Sequence record: DRR378314_946
Reading direction: 5' to 3' (one strand)
Length of the DNA: 37,923 bases
Shown: positions 37,563-37,923 of the stretch, one piece after another
How the letters are laid out: every line of letters starts with the position of its first letter
How positions within the stretch are numbered: position 1 is the stretch's first letter
Program-made: the position numbers and the translations under genes
The notes under the pieces: model-generated
The model's database searches: none
What the model was told of the DNA's origin: nothing
Seen by the model: the letters and a program-made list of their open reading frames with translations, nothing else

Positions 37563-37884
37563 GCGCATTTAAAGTTTAGAAAGTCCCCACAAACTCCCAT
37601 ACTGGTTTGTGGGGCAGCAACCTAATATAGAGTCCGGATACTTTGATAAACTTAGATAAATTAATTAAGAACCTATCAGATATCCCTGAAAGAAGTGAAG
37701 TTCCTTTAACTGAATTAATGAATTCTAGATTTTTAGCAAATTGCAGCGAGTTTAATTCACTAGAGAAAATGTTTGATGCTGCGCCTTTTTCGATCGAAAG
37801 CATCGATGACATTTGAGATGCCCTTATATTTGTAGACACCTCGGAATTACCTATATGCTAATTGCTATTTTCGTAGGCTTTCGT

Positions 37885-37907
37885 TGTTTGCGTGCCCCCG
37901 CAACCAA
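37885..37907 (+). repeat. Distal attR-like site
   Basis: TGTTTGCG-TGCCCC-CGCAACCAA, the same layout as TGGTTGCG-AGCCCC-CGCAACCAA at 22975. Confidence 0.85.
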
Positions 37908-37923
37908 ATGAAAACAAGGGTCC

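Larger units (their letters stand above)
23142..37907. mobile_element. Island 2: integrase-less catabolic island
   Basis: Bounded by CCCCCGCAACCAA at 23142 (or 22985) and 37895; IS3 remnant at the left end; no recombinase inside. Confidence 0.7.

Noticed and set aside
37576-37839. 87-aa AT-rich ORF next to the distal att
   Set aside because: No SD or motif recognised; may be a gene remnant but cannot be supported.

Overview
The window starts in the 3' end of a tRNA-Met (1..28) and holds a tandem array of genomic islands inserted there, probably in an alphaproteobacterium (inferred from the tRNA T-arm and gene families). The core CCCCCGCAACCAA recurs at 17, 22985, 23142 and 37895. Island 1 (17..22997) looks like an intact integrative mobilizable element. 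It carries a large serine recombinase (1625 down to <1, missing from the ORF track because it reads through attL into the tRNA antisense), a type IV coupling protein, a membrane LysM-like protein, ParA/StbB-like and StbA-like genes, a candidate oriT and a MOBF relaxase-helicase, but no mating-pair genes. Its cargo is a defence-like operon: degenerate-PLD/SNF2 helicase, DUF4391, a small unknown ORF, type III R-M mod/res and an RloC-like ABC-ATPase/HEPN nuclease. A short structured tRNA-derived element and an IS3 remnant follow. Island 2 (to 37907) has no integrase and carries catabolic cargo: two LysR, GntR, acyl-CoA dehydrogenase, CoA-transferase, SDR, aldehyde dehydrogenase, enolase-family dehydratase, a two-subunit GMC oxidoreductase and a TRAP transporter. 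Family calls come from motif recognition by eye; no database searches were run.
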